Positions 13,668-26,697 are shown, counted from the first letter of the stretch. The stretch: DNA of 64,000 nt from Macrostomum lignano (GCA_002269645.1 NIVC01001805.1:62001-126000), one strand, 5' to 3'. The notes: generated by a model from the sequence alone, not told the origin. Translations and numbers: made by a program.

Positions 13668-16133
13668 TCAGTAGCGCTCCTTCACGAACTTCACGCCCTT
13701 GGCGATGTTCTGCTGCAGCTCTGGCATAGCGGCCTGCAGCAGCTTGGCCTCGAACTCGATCAGGTTGCCCAGGCCCAGGTTCTCCTCCACTCCGTCCCGG
13801 CCCAGCAGCAGCGGCGTGGAGAAGTACGGCGCCTCCGTCACCGTGGACTCCACGAAGGCGCACTCGATCACGCCGCGCTTGCCGTCGATGGCCTGCAGGA
13901 CGGAGTCGACGAATTTCTCGGCGGCAAACGCCATGGACAGCGTGGCGGAGCCGGCGCCGGCCTTGGCGTTCACCACCTCGGTGCCCGCGTTCTGAATGCG
14001 CGTGGTCAGCGTCTCTCGGTCCTGCGCCTTGAAGCTCACGCTGGGCACCGCCTGGCTGATCACTGGGATGATCGTGACGCCGCTGTGCCCGCCGATCACC
14101 GGCACGCTCACCTGCGAGTGCAGCGGCGGTGCTCAGCTGCTTCAGTGTCCACCCTACCGCCTCCCCTGGAGTCTACCCCAGAGCCTACCCGTATCTCTTG
14201 AAGTCTACTTCCTTTTTACCGTCTACCCAATCTCCCTCGGAGTCTAACCTGTTCCCATTTCCCTCACTACCTACCCCATTTCCCTCATTATCTACTCCAT
14301 TTACATGTATTTCACAATCTAACCCCATTTCCCTCATTACATGTATCTACTCCATTTATTTCACTATTTACCCCATCTCCCTCTCTACCCGATTTCCTAT
14401 CATTATCTACCCCATTTCCCCTCACTATCTACCCCATTTCCCTCACTACCTACCCCATTTCCCTCACTACCTACCCCATTTCCCTCACTATCTACCCCAT
14501 ATCCCTAATCTACCCCATTTCCCTCATCTACCCCATTTCCCCTCATTATCTACCCCATTTCCCTAATCTACCCCATATCCCTAATCTACCCCATATCCAT
14601 AATCTACCCCATATCCCTAATCTACCCATATCCCTAATCTACCCCATTTCCCTCATCTACCCCATTTCCCCTCATCTACCCCATTTCCCTAATCTACCCC
14701 ATATCCCTAATCTACCCCATTTCCCTAATCTACCCCATTTCCCTCTCACCATCTACCCCATATCCCTCACCATCTACCCCATTTCCCCTCACCATCTACC
14801 CCATTTCTCATTATCTACCCCATTTCCCTCACCATCTACCCCATTTCCCTCACCATCTACCCCATTTCCCTTACCATCTACCCCATTTCCCTCACCATCT
14901 ACCCCATCCTTCAAATTCCATCCCATCTCCCCTGCGCCCCCCAAGGACGCAGTAGACAGAGCCTCACCTTGGACACGTCCAGCCCCTTGGCCTCGGCCAC
15001 AAATGCGTTGGATCGCACAATGTCCAGCGTGGTGACTCCAAACAGGCGCCTGGGATCGTATGCGTTGTGCTTCTTGAGGATCTCCGCTGCGATGGGCACG
15101 GTGGAGTTGACCGGGTTGGTCACAATGCAGATCATGGCCTTCGGGCAGGTCTTGGCCACGGCGGTGATCAAGTCGGCTACGATGCCCGCATTCGTGTTGA
15201 AGAGGTCATCCCGGGTCATGCCGGGCTTGCGCGGCACCCCGGCCGGGATGACAACAACTCGACTGCCCTTCAGGCAGTCCGACAGGCTGGCCGGACCGTC
15301 AAAGCCGCTGACCTCCGCCTTGGTGGAGATGTGGCTCAGGTCGGCGGCCACGCCCTTCACTCCCTGCGGATGTGGCGGGGGTAATTCGGTGTGAAGACTG
15401 GGGAGGGGATCTGGCAGGCTGGCCAACCAACTGAGGATCTGGGAGGCTGGCCCAGCAACTGAGGATCTGGGAGGCTGGCCCTGCAACTGAGGATCTGGGA
15501 GGCTGGCCCAGCAACTGACACTCTGGAAGGCTGGCACAGCAACTGAGGATCTGGGAGGCTGGCCAAGCAACTGGGGATCTGGGAGGCTGGCACAGCAACT
15601 GAGGATCTGGGAGGCTGGCACAGCAACTGACACTCTGGGAGGCTGGCACAGCAACTGAGGATCTGGGAGGCTGGCCAAGCAACTGAGGATCTGGGAGGCT
15701 GGCTCAGCAACTGAGGATCTGGGAGGCTGGCTCAGCAACTGAGGATCTGGGAGGCTGGCCAAGCAACTGAGGATCTGGGAGGCTGGCCCAGCAACTGAGG
15801 ATCTGGGAGGCTGGCCCAGCAACTGACACTCTGGGAGGCTGAGGGTGGCCTGGAAACTGAGAAACTGGTAAAAAGCAGTTCAACACAGAAATTGCTCTCC
15901 CTTCAGCAGGGGAAACGGGACCTCAAGCCAGCCTCCGCACATTCAGCACAGCCGCTCACCTGAATATCGTACAGAGCCAGCTGGCTGACCAGAGGCGACT
16001 GCTTCAGCAGCAGCGACAGAGGCTGCCCGATGCCGCCGCTGGCGCCAAGCACGGCCACCCTGGAGGCGAGGGAGCCGGTGGTGCCGAACTGGCGGCGGCA
16101 GATGGTGAACAGGTTGAGAGCGCGGCTGGCCAT
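13668..16133 (-). CDS. MDH2: Mitochondrial malate dehydrogenase, 337 aa; exons 16133-15960, 15363-14968, 14111-13668
   Basis: Transit peptide, [86 protein letters not shown]; GT-AG junctions all phase 0, exon lengths 174+396+444. Confidence 0.96.
14200..14910. repeat. Pyrimidine-rich ~19-21-bp minisatellite (CTACCCCATTTCCCTCA...) in MDH2 intron 2
   Basis: Direct observation. Confidence 0.9.
15410..15845. repeat. 28-bp minisatellite (CAGCAACTGAGGATCTGGGAGGCTGGCC) in MDH2 intron 1
   Basis: Direct observation; same family as 63657-64000 in opposite orientation. Confidence 0.92.
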
Positions 16134-16160
16134 GGCTGCTGTTGATGAGGCGCTGGGAAG

Positions 16161-16190
16161 CTGCAAAAGAGAAATGGCAAGAAAAGTGCG
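16161..16190 (-). promoter_or_regulatory. Strong 3' splice acceptor 27 nt upstream of MDH2 ATG (candidate trans-splice site)
   Basis: Minus strand cgcacttttcttgccatttctcttttgcag|cttccc. Confidence 0.6.
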
Positions 16191-16261
16191 GGTTTACCGG
16201 TATAACTGCAAAATTTTAGACCCATTTTAGAGTCTCCCATCCACTTCATCTATTATCTCTC

Positions 16262-16750
16262 ACCAGCTTCCCCTGTGTCTCCTACCTGCTTTTCTGTGTC
16301 TTCCACCTGCTTCCCCTGTGTCTCGCAGCAGCTTCCCCTGTGTCTCCTACCTGCTTTTATGTGTCTTCCACCTGCTTCCCCTGTGTCTCCAACCTGCTTT
16401 TCTGTGTCTTCCACCTGCTTCCCCTGTGTCTCCAACCTGCTTCCCCTGTGTCTCCAACCTGCTTCCCCTGTGTCTTTAACCTGCTTCCCCTGTGTCTCCA
16501 ACCTGCTTCCCCTGTGTCTTTAACCTGCTTCCCCTGTGTCTCCAACCTGCTTCCCCTGTGTCTCCAACCTGCTTCCCCTGTGTCTCCAACCTGCTTCATA
16601 TGTGTCTCCAACCTGCTTCCCTGTCACCTACCAGCTTCCCTGTCACCTACCAGCTTCCCTGTCACCTACCAGCTTCCCTGTCTCTTACCAGCTTCTCTGT
16701 GTCCCCTGCCAGCTTTCTGTCTCCCACCTGGTTCCCCGTCTCCTACCAGC
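16262..16750. repeat. 22-bp minisatellite (CCTGCTTCCCCTGTGTCTCCAA) between ATP synthase c and MDH2
   Basis: Direct observation. Confidence 0.9.
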
Positions 16751-16895
16751 TTCCATCTATTCATTATAGACAAGGTCAGCGCACAGAAACAGCACAAAAT
16801 AAGGGCACGCAGAGCCAGATTGGGAAATGATTTCAGCGCCACTAGTTCTTACTGGTCTCTCATTGATCATCATTGATTCGCTTTTTCACCAATAA

Positions 16896-16901
16896 TTTAT
16901 T
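16896..16901 (-). terminator. AATAAA polyadenylation signal of ATP synthase c (analogous hexamers at 21277-21282 for NAA35 and 13177-13182 for MDH2)
   Basis: Plus-strand TTTATT downstream of each stop codon; use not verified. Confidence 0.45.
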
Positions 16902-17163
16902 AAAAGCTAGCTATTTTTAAATTCTAACACGGGGCTGACAGCTATTGAAAGGAGTTTTGGTTGGTACCTGCATCAACGCTTGCATAACAGTATGACGAAG
17001 AATCATTCACAAAGATGGTCCACAACAAAGTAATAAAAGTACATTAGCGATTACGCTATCCGCAGATTGACAAACCGGTCTAGGCTTAGAAAAGGTTACA
17101 CAGAAAAACAATTCTATTGTTGCAGTAGTGAAATATTAGTTATTTGTGCGCCAGCCGGGCAGC

Positions 17164-17550
<387 letters not shown>

Positions 17551-17583
17551 TCAGTTAGACGGATGGAAATCGCTGCGCTACAG

Positions 17584-17602
17584 CTGCAATAGGAATTGAG
17601 GC
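17584..17602 (-). promoter_or_regulatory. 3' splice acceptor 63 nt upstream of ATP synthase c ATG (candidate trans-splice site)
   Basis: Minus strand gcctcaattcctattgcag|ctgtagc. Confidence 0.5.
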
Positions 17603-17604
17603 GC

Positions 17605-18140
17605 AAATGGGGATAATCTAGCCCCTGATTCTCATCATGGGGATAATCTAGCCCCGGATTCTCACCATGGGGATAATCTAGCCCCGGATTCTCACCATGG
17701 GGATAATCTAGCCCCGGATTCTCATCATGGGGATAATCTAGCCCCGGATTCTCATCATGGGGATAATCTAGCCCGACTCTCACCATGGAGATAATCTAGC
17801 CCCAAACTCTCACCATGGAGTAGAGCCCCGGATTCTCATCATGGGGATAATCTAGCCCCGGATTCTCATCATGGGGATAATCTAGCCCCGGATTCTCATC
17901 ATGGGGACAATCTAGCCCGACTCTCACCATGGAGACAATATAGCCCCAGAATCTCACCATGGAGATAATCTAGCCCCAGAATCTCACCAAGGGGACAATC
18001 TAGCCCCAGAATCTCACCATGAGGATAATCTGGCCCCGGATTCTCACCATGGGGATAATCTAGCCTCGGATTTCAACCATGGGGATAATCTAGCCCCAGA
18101 ATCTCACCATGGAGATAATCTAGCCCCAGAATCTCACCAT
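17605..18140. repeat. ~30-bp minisatellite (CATGGGGATAATCTAGCCCCGGATTCTCAT)
   Basis: Direct observation. Confidence 0.9.
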
Positions 18141-18532
18141 GAGAGGAGAATCTATTTAGTTAAAAGCAAATAACCAAGCCAAAGGCGTTAAGTTAGCCTG
18201 CAAAATGAGGCCGCATACTGGTACTCGCTCAACAATTGGCCAATCTTTACTGAGTGAAATATCCGTGAAGCTTTTACTAACATTCGTGTCCGCAGATGCG
18301 GTGCTTAAAAATCTAATTGCCAAGCTAACAGCGAGCACAGGTTAAACTCAAGGTGCCGGTCAGAGAACTCAGCAGAAGGACATCGGTTTTGCGTACTTTA
18401 GTCTTCTAACAAACTGATACTAGTGACAAAAAATTCGACTGTCTTGGGTTAATAATGCAAAGACCTGAAATCTATTAACGTAAAATTAAGTTACCCGTGA
18501 CTGTGATGGCTCTTTTAGCCACTCACTTCTGT

Positions 18533-20650
18533 ATTCCATAGCTAACTGAGCTAGATTAGCAATCCACTGTATTCCATAGCTAACTGGGCTAGATTAGCAA
18601 TCCACTGTATTCCATAGCTAACTGGGCTAGATTAGCAATCCACTGAATTCCATAGCTAACTGGGCTAGATTAGCAATCCACTGTATTCCATAGCTAACTG
18701 GGCTAAGATTAGCAATCCACTGTATTCCATAGCTAACTGGGCTAGATTAGCAATCCACTGTATTCCATAGCTAACTGAGCTAGATTAGCAATCCACTGTA
18801 TTCCATAGCTAACTGAGCTAGATTAGCAATCCACTGTATTTCATAGCTAACTGAGCTAGATTAGCAATCCACTGTATTTCATAGCTAACTGAGCTAGATT
18901 AGCAATCCACTGTATTCCATAGCTAACTGGGCTAGATTAGCAATCCACTGTATTCCATAGCTAACTGAGCTAGATTAGCAATCCACTGTATTCCATAGCT
19001 AACTGAGCTAGATTAGCAATCCACTGTATTCCATAGCTAACTGAGCTAGATTAGCAATCCACTGTATTTCATAGCTAACTGAGCTAGATTAGCAATCCAC
19101 TGTATTCCATAGCTAACTGGGCTAGATTAGCAATCCACTGTATTCCATAGCTAACTGGGCTAGATTAGCAATCCACTGTATTCCATAGCTAACTGAGCTA
19201 GATTAGCAATCCACTGTATTCCATAGCTAACTGGGCTAGATTAGCAATCCACTGTATTCCATAGCTAACTGAGCTAGATTAGCAATCCACTGTATTCCAT
19301 AGCTAACTGGGCTAAGATTAGAAATCCACTGTATTCCATAGCTAACTGAGCTAGATTAGCAATCCACTGTATTCCATAGCTAACTGGGCTAGATTAGCAA
19401 TCCACTGTATTCCATAGCTAACTGAGCTAGATTAGCAATCCACTGTATTCCATAGCTAGATTAGCAATCCACTGTATTTCATAGCTAACTGGGCTAAGAT
19501 TAGAAATCCACTGTATTTCATAGCTGACTGGGCTAAGATTAGAAATCCACTGTATTTCATAGCTAACTGGGCTAAGATTAGAAATCCACTGTATTTCATA
19601 GCTAACTGGGCTAAGATTAGAAATCCACTGTATTTCATAGCTGACTGGGCTAAGATTAGAAATCCACTGTATTTCATAGCTAACTGGGCTAAGATTAGAA
19701 ATCCACTGTATTTCATAGCTAACTGGGCTAAGATTAGAAATCCACTCTATTTCATAGCTAACTGGGCTAAGATTAGAAATCCACTGTATTTCATAGCTGA
19801 CTGGGCTAAGATTAGAAATCCACTGTATTTCATAGCTAACTGGGCTAAGATTAGAAATCCACTCTATTTCATAGCTAACTGGGCTAAGATTAGAAATCCA
19901 CTGTATTTCATAGCTAACTGGGCTAAGATTAGAAATCCACTGTATTTCATAGCTAACTGGGCTAAGATTAGAAATCCACTCTATTTCATAGCTAACTGGG
20001 CTAAGATTAGAAATCCACTGTATTTCATAGCTGACTGGGCTAAGATTAGAAATCCACTGTATTTCATAGCTAACTGGGCTAAGATTAGAAATCCACTGTA
20101 TTTCATAGCTAACTGGGCTAAGATTAGAAATCCACTGTATTTCATAGCTGACTGGGCTAAGATTAGAAATCCACTGTATTTCATAGCTAACTGGGCTAAG
20201 ATTAGAAATCCACTGTATTTCATAGCTAACTGGGCTAAGATTAGAAATCCACTGTATTTCATAGCTAACTGGGCTAAGATTAGAAATCCACTGTATTTCA
20301 TAGCTAACTGGGCTAAGATTAGAAATCCACTGTATTTCATAGCTAACTGGGCTAAGATTAGAAATCCACTATTTCATAGCTAACTGGGCTAGATTAGAAA
20401 TCCACTGTATTTCATAGCTAACTGGGCTAAGATTAGAAATCCACTGTATTCATAGCTAACTGGGCTAGATTAGAAATCCACTGTATTTCATAGCTAACTG
20501 GGCTAAGATTAGAAATCCACTGTATTTCATAGCTAACTGGGCTAGATTAGAAATCCACTCTATTTCATAGCTAACTGGGCTAGATTAGAAATCCACTGTA
20601 TTTCATAGCTAACTGGGCTAAGATTAGAAATCCACTCTATTTCAAGCTAA
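18533..20650. repeat. Minisatellite of 38-bp units switching to 39-bp units at ~19460
   Basis: CCACTGTATTCCATAGCTAACTGGGCTAGATTAGCAAT then CCACTGTATTTCATAGCTAACTGGGCTAAGATTAGAAAT. Confidence 0.93.
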
Positions 20651-21466
20651 CTTAGATTTCCACTCTAAACATTGATTTCAAACGTTACATTTCCTTGTGA
20701 AGGTTAATAAAATTTAAAAAAGCACTTTCGGAAGCAAAAAATTTCACATTTCATTTAAATATAAAGAAGTTAGAACTAAACAGTACTACTTACAGCAGTT
20801 AGTGTTGATATATCAGGTGGCACAATAAACTCAAAGATAAACACGGTGTTATTATCTCTCTTATCAATAAATACACGGCTCGGTCTGGAGAGAAAAAAAC
20901 AGCGAGAGGCCACTGGAGCACAGCGACTACCTGCATACTGGACTGATTCATCAGGTAAGTCAAGTGGTGCAAAGGGCGGGTGTTCATTCAAGTTAATTTA
21001 GAAATTCAGGTGCGTGGCGCCATTTGCTACAAGCAAGCAACAAGCCAGGTGCCAGGTCTGAGACAGCTCAGCTCATACATATATTCCACACTGCAAACAG
21101 ATAACTGACATTTAGAATCAAAGAGAAGCAGCGGCTAACAAATGAAAAGTCGGTAGTGAGTACGAATGAGCGAAATATTGGATTGGCCGCGCTGCTGGGG
21201 ACAGGGTGGGCTGAGAGGGCCGGGTTGAGCAGCGGCAGTTAGTCAGGAATTTACTGAGCACAGCTATTCGAATATGTTTATTTATAATCGATTGGGCTAT
21301 TCAATTAATCACGGACACTCAATAGAAAAATCTATACAGCAGGTGTTACGCAATAGTAGAGACAAAACGAGCTCTCTGTTCGGGAGCAGCAAAGCTGCCG
21401 TTAGGTGAAAACCCGCTACTCGGCAGCTCCAAGGTGCTAATAACCTGTTTTCAATTAACCAACTGC

Positions 21467-24400
21467 TCATTTCCCATTGCTACTAGGAGCAGCAGCAGCT
21501 GCGGCAGTTGACGAGGCGGCAGTCGGAGCCAGCAGCTTGATGACGGGGTAGTGCGGACAGACGGAGAAGTCCAGCTCTGCGGGGTGCTGGGGGCCCGCTC
21601 GGTGCCCGGCCGCTAGCAGCTTCGTGACCACCATGTTGGTCTTGGCCACCTGTTGTGAGCGGCAGTGCAACAGTCAGTCCGTTTCTATTCCCTCTCACTT
21701 TATCCCTTCCATTTCTATTCCCTCTCACTCTATCCCTTCCATTTCTATTCCCTCTCACTCTATCCCTTCCATTTCTATTCCCTCTCACTCTATCCCTTCC
21801 ATTTCTATTCCCTCTCACTTTATCCCTTCCATTTCTATTCCCTCTCACTCTATACCTTCCATTTCTATTCCCTCTCACTCTATCCCTTCCATTTCTATTC
21901 CCTCTCACTCTATCCCTTCCATTTCTATTCCCTCTCACTCTATCCCTTCCATTTCTATTCCCTCTCACTCTATCCCTTCCATTTCTATTCCCTCTCACTC
22001 TATCCCTTCCATTTCTATTCCCTCTCACTCTATCCCTTCCATTTCTATTCCCTCTCACTCTATCCCTTCCATTTCTATTCCCTCTCACGCTATACCTTCC
22101 ATTTCTATTCCCTCTCACTCTATCCCTTCCATTTCTATTCCCTCTCACTCTATCCCCTCTCAGACTATCTCTTTCATTCTATTTCCTCGCTAGCAGCAGC
22201 AGGCCGCGCACCTTTATCATGGCCTCTCCGTCCCAGTCTTCGATGCAAACAGTTGCTAAGCTGGGTGCGGATTTGCTATTGGAACCGGCACTGCTGGAGG
22301 CGGTGTTCACAACTTTTACCAAGGCGTCGCGGGCCTTCTCAAACTCTCTGGTGGCCTCGGCGTACACATCGGCCGGGGTGGAGGCCGGCTTCCGCTGCTG
22401 GCCTTCGTCCAGCTCGCTGTCGTCCAGCTCGCCGTTGAAGGTGGTCCTGGAGTCCCACATGGTCTGCAAGTTGGTGTAGCAGGTGATGCTGCGGGGCAGG
22501 AAGGGCCGCTGCAACAGGGGCTGGTAGCGGTGCTTGAATGAGCTGGACTCTCCGGCCTGGTGCGGGCTGGCCAGCTGCTGCATTTTGCCATCGGAGTGCA
22601 GCGCGGCCAGCGCGTAGAAGGTGGCGGTGGCCAGGTAGTTGGAGGCGCGCAGCATAGACAGGTGGTGCTGGTAGAGAGTTTGCACCTGCTGATGATACCG
22701 GTGATGCTGCCTGCTCAGCTTAGTATAGGGATTGTGAGTGAGCTGCAGCTGCTGCTGGATGGCCAGGTCGGCCTGCACAATTCCCACCAGCAGGAAGTAC
22801 ATGTAGCCGTCGCCCAGCATGAAGTAAACCGACGGTAGCTCGTGCCTGGCGTACAGCTGCAGGCTGAAGCCGGACAGCAGGTACAGCCGGCTCAAGCGGA
22901 ACAGGTAGAATGTCAGGTAGGGGAGGAACAGGGAGCGGCACTCGTCATTGGGGAACAGGGCCCGGTCCAGGCAGTAGCAGCTCTCGTACAGCGGCCACAG
23001 GGCATCTAAGCAGGCGGCCAATTTCTCGCGCTTCCTGCTGCGGTTCCGGCTGAACAGCGGGCACACCTGATGGAGCAGGGCGCGGCCCAGCTGCAGGCAG
23101 AGGCTGTCGGCCAGCTGGCGGGACTGGCCCTGCGGATGGGGGGCCGGCGAATCGTTTACAGAATGGGGGAGCGGATTTCCATAGAGGATTGAGGAGGGTG
23201 GAAAGCGGATTAATTGGAGGATTGGGGAGGGTGGAGAGCGGATTAATTGGAGGATTGGGGGAGGGTGGAGAGTGGGTTTCCTGGAGGATTGTGGAGGGTG
23301 GAGAGCGGTTTCCTGGAGGATTGTGGAGGGTAGAGAGCGGATTTCCTGGAGGATTGTGGAGGGTGGAGAGCGGGTTTCCTGGAGGATTAGGTAGGTAAAA
23401 GAAGCAGATCCCCTGAGTGATCGGAGGATGGCAATAGAACACATCACCACTTGTGAGGAGCATCTAGTAATTAGCTATGAAGGTATTTGCATCAGTAATT
23501 AGTGTAAAAAAGAAATCACCTGCAACTGTCGCACGGACGCGTTGAGATCGGCTCCGGCGGCGATGGGGCAGAACTGCTTGACGGACGCCAGCAGGAACTC
23601 CACAGGCGAGTGCCGGCCAAACAGCCTGGCGCTGCCGAGGCCCAGATTGATGCCGTAGTTGTGCAACTGCTGCTGCTGAGCCGGGCAGCAGTACAGCAGG
23701 CGGAGGCAGGAGCGGGCAAAGCAGGGGGCATCCGAGGACAGGCCGCAGACGAGGGCCAGACGGGTGTACAGCTGCTGGTAGCTGGGACAGGCGGCCGGGG
23801 TCACGTCGGTCAGGAACTGGCGAAGGCAGTCCAGACACCTGCGGGTTGCGGGTAAGGAAGATCAGCTGATTGTTGGGCCGCCAATAGCAATGCCAATGTA
23901 ATGAATCAATTCCTGATTGAAGCCCCGGCTCACCTAGCCAGGTAGGCCACAGCGGCTGGCCGCTCGAACACCCGCACGCAGCGGGGAAATGACGGCGGCA
24001 GCTGGCGCAGGTTGGCCAGCGGCTCGAAGCCTTGGACGCCGTACGCCTTCAGCCGCGGATCGTCGCGCCCAGCGGCGGGCTGCCCGACCTCCAGGCTGGC
24101 GGCCACGGAAGCGCACGCGGAAGACGCCGACTCCAGCTGGCGACGAACTTCGGCGGCAGCTTCGGCAGCGGCCGGCGAAACCAACTCGGCGGTATCGATT
24201 GCAGCAGCGGATGTTACCGATAGGGCGGAGTCGGGAAGGTCAGCGGAGCCGCCGCCGCCCATGGCCTGCAGCATCCGGTGGAACTGCCGCAGCAACAGCA
24301 GCAGACTGCGCAGCAGCCGCAGCCGGTGCTGCACCAGGCGGTGTCCGGCGGCCAGTTGGCCGGCCTTCACCTGCCGCCCGATGTCGTCGTCCGCCTCCTT

Positions 24401-25757
24401 CAACGCCGAGGTGATTCGCTCGTCGTCGGCGGCCTGGGCGGCGGCAGCCTCGAAGCCGTAAAGCAGCGGGTTGAAGTCCTCCTCATCCGTGGTGTTGGCC
24501 AGGGTGATGACGTCCTTGGCCCGCTGCAGCAGGCACAGCAGGCCGTGGCAGAAGGTGCGCAGCGGTTGGCACTCGATTCTGGGGTGGGGTGAAAAGGAGG
24601 ACATGAGGTGACTGGGCCGGGATCAGTGACAGTGAGACTGGGTCATGATTTAGGTGACTGGGCCGGGATCAGTGACAGTGAGACTGGGTCATGATTGAGG
24701 TGACTGGGCCGGGATCAGTGACAGTGAGACTGGCTCATGATTTAGGTGACTGGGCCGGGATCAGTGACAGTGAGACTGGCTCATGATTGAGGTGACTGGG
24801 CCGGGATCAGTGACAGTGAGACTGGCTCATGATTGAGGTGACTGGGCCGGGATCAGTGACAGTGAGACTGGGTCATGATTGAGGTGACTGGGCCGGGATC
24901 AGTGACAGTGAGACTGGCTCATGATTGAGGTGACTGGGCCGGGATCAGTGACAGTGAGACTGGGTCATGATTGAGGTGACTGGGCCGGGATCAGTGACAG
25001 TGAGACTGGGTCATGATTGAGGTGACTGGGCCGGGATCAGTGACAGTGAGACTGGGTCATGATTGAGGTGATTGGGCCGGGATCAGTGACAGTGAGACTG
25101 GGTCATGATTGAGGTGATTGGGCCGGGATCAGTGACGTGAGACTGGGTTGATAACTGATAACCCACTGATCCATGATCAGTAGCTTTGGTCATATCTCCC
25201 TAAGTGATTGATGGCCAGTGGAATTAGTCAATATTTGCCAATGATGACCATTGTGATTACTGCACACCCCCCTGTCTAATTGCAGCAATGACTGACATGG
25301 CTGATCTGCTATGCCAAGCACTAAAACAGCAGTGTTAAACGCACTTATCGATGCACTGCAGATAGAGGTTGATAAACACGGACTGCAGCGCTGATTCGCC
25401 ATCAAGCCAGGATGCCAAACAGGCCAGACTCTCATCCATAACTCCAAGCAGCTCAGCATCCGTGAGATCGGAAAGCTTCATCAGTGGACCGCCGGCGCTC
25501 CGCTGCGGATGGAGAATCTCGCGGTCCAGACGCATGCCAGAGTCCATCTTGGGCTCCATCATCTCGATGGCGGTCATGGCGTCGTAAAGCGAGAAGCTCT
25601 GATGCTGAAGCAGCTCGCCAAGCTGCAGATGGCAAGCAGCAGATTTGAACTGCTCAGTGATATCTGAGTAGTCAGACTGCTGCTGCTGCTGCTGCTGGCT
25701 GCCTGGCTCCTGCAGCAGCTGGCCCAACTGCTGGGAGTCATTGGAACTGCTGGTCAT
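21467..25757 (-). CDS. NAA35: N-alpha-acetyltransferase 35, NatC auxiliary subunit (Mak10), ~825 aa; exons 25757-25345, 24578-23934, 23838-23520, 23129-22212, 21649-21467
   Basis: DITEQFKSAACHLQLGELL, AMTAIEMMEPKMDSGM, DEEDFNPLLYGF, RNRSRKREKL and C-terminal VAKTNMVVTKLLAAGH...ELDFSVCPHYPVIKL match Mak10 motifs; all four introns GT-AG with matching phases (2,2,0,0). Confidence 0.9.
21680..22160. repeat. 30-bp minisatellite (TCTATCCCTTCCATTTCTATTCCCTCTCAC) in NAA35 intron 4
   Basis: Direct observation. Confidence 0.93.
23170..23390. repeat. ~31-bp purine-rich minisatellite in NAA35 intron 3
   Basis: GGAGGGTGGAGAGCGG...GGAGGATTG units. Confidence 0.8.
24605..25148. repeat. 46-bp minisatellite in NAA35 intron 1
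   Basis: Period 46 (24605 to 24651). Confidence 0.92.
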
Positions 25758-25762
25758 GCTGC

Positions 25763-25790
25763 CTGCAATTTTAGAGAAAGGTAAATAATG
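25763..25790 (-). promoter_or_regulatory. 3' splice acceptor 5 nt upstream of NAA35 ATG (candidate SL trans-splice site)
   Basis: Minus strand cattatttacctttctctaaaattgcag|gcagcATG; no upstream exon evident. Confidence 0.55.
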
Positions 25791-26697
25791 CACTAGCAGG
25801 TGCGCAAATACCTACTGAAGAGAAGTAATATTTGGTGGGTGGAACTGGAGACAAAATTAATCTCAAAGTATACTACAATATTAAAAAGCAAAATAAATAA
25901 AAATTTGTGTTATAATTTAAAATAAAAAAGTAATACAATATTGTCATTTAAAAAAAACAAAATAATTTTAAAGTAAAATAATAAAAACACATAAAAACCT
26001 TATAAAAGCAAAGAAGCAATATTCCTGAAAGAAAGCATTCTAAGCTAAGCTATATATATGCTTATATATGTTCTCGTGTCTCGTTTATTTTGCTCAGCCC
26101 AGAGTCTCCCTCATTGAAGGACAAGATCCGAGCAAGCAGGTGGCAGCACTACCAATGCTTACTAAGAGTAACAGAAGGCTTCCCAGGAGAGCTCAAGGTA
26201 GGCAGCTCTGGTGATGTGATTGATTGGGAAGCAACAAGCAAATACTTCATTGGTGGCACTGGTGGGATTTCAAGACCTACCAAGCCATCTCTAGACGACA
26301 TCAAAGAAGCCTACACTTCACTGGTGGCAGCGGTGGGATTCAAAGACCTGCCAGGCCACCTCTAGATGCTATTGAGGAAAGTACATACACTTCACTTGTT
26401 TTACCCAAACAAGTTTATTTTATATTATCTCAAATATAATTTGTCACTTTTTGCCAAACCTAGCTTCATGGTATCACTATGAGCAGAATGATATAGAATT
26501 TATGTAAAAGCTTATTTTGGCTCAGTTATATAAGCTTAAGTTAATAGGCCCTTTAAGGTTAGTGCCAATGAAAAATTCATAAGCCTTTGAAAATGGCACT
26601 TATTTAACTTAGCTACAACGGGCTCCATGCATCTAGATGCAGCAAGGAGATATTGTTGCATAATATAAGATTTATATAAGATGATATAATATAAGAT

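Noticed and set aside
21393-21428. Hairpin AGCTGCCG/CGGCAGCT in the NAA35 3' UTR as SECIS or other element
   Set aside because: Only an 8-bp stem, no SECIS core, no in-frame UGA in the gene
21483-22479. Long ORFs (RVRGNRNGRD, SIPSH, LFPLTLSLPF repeats)
   Set aside because: 30-bp minisatellite inside a phase-consistent NAA35 intron
26090-26365. 91-aa ORF upstream of NAA35
   Set aside because: No recognisable domain; contains a decayed ~70-bp tandem duplication; likely a degenerate repeat
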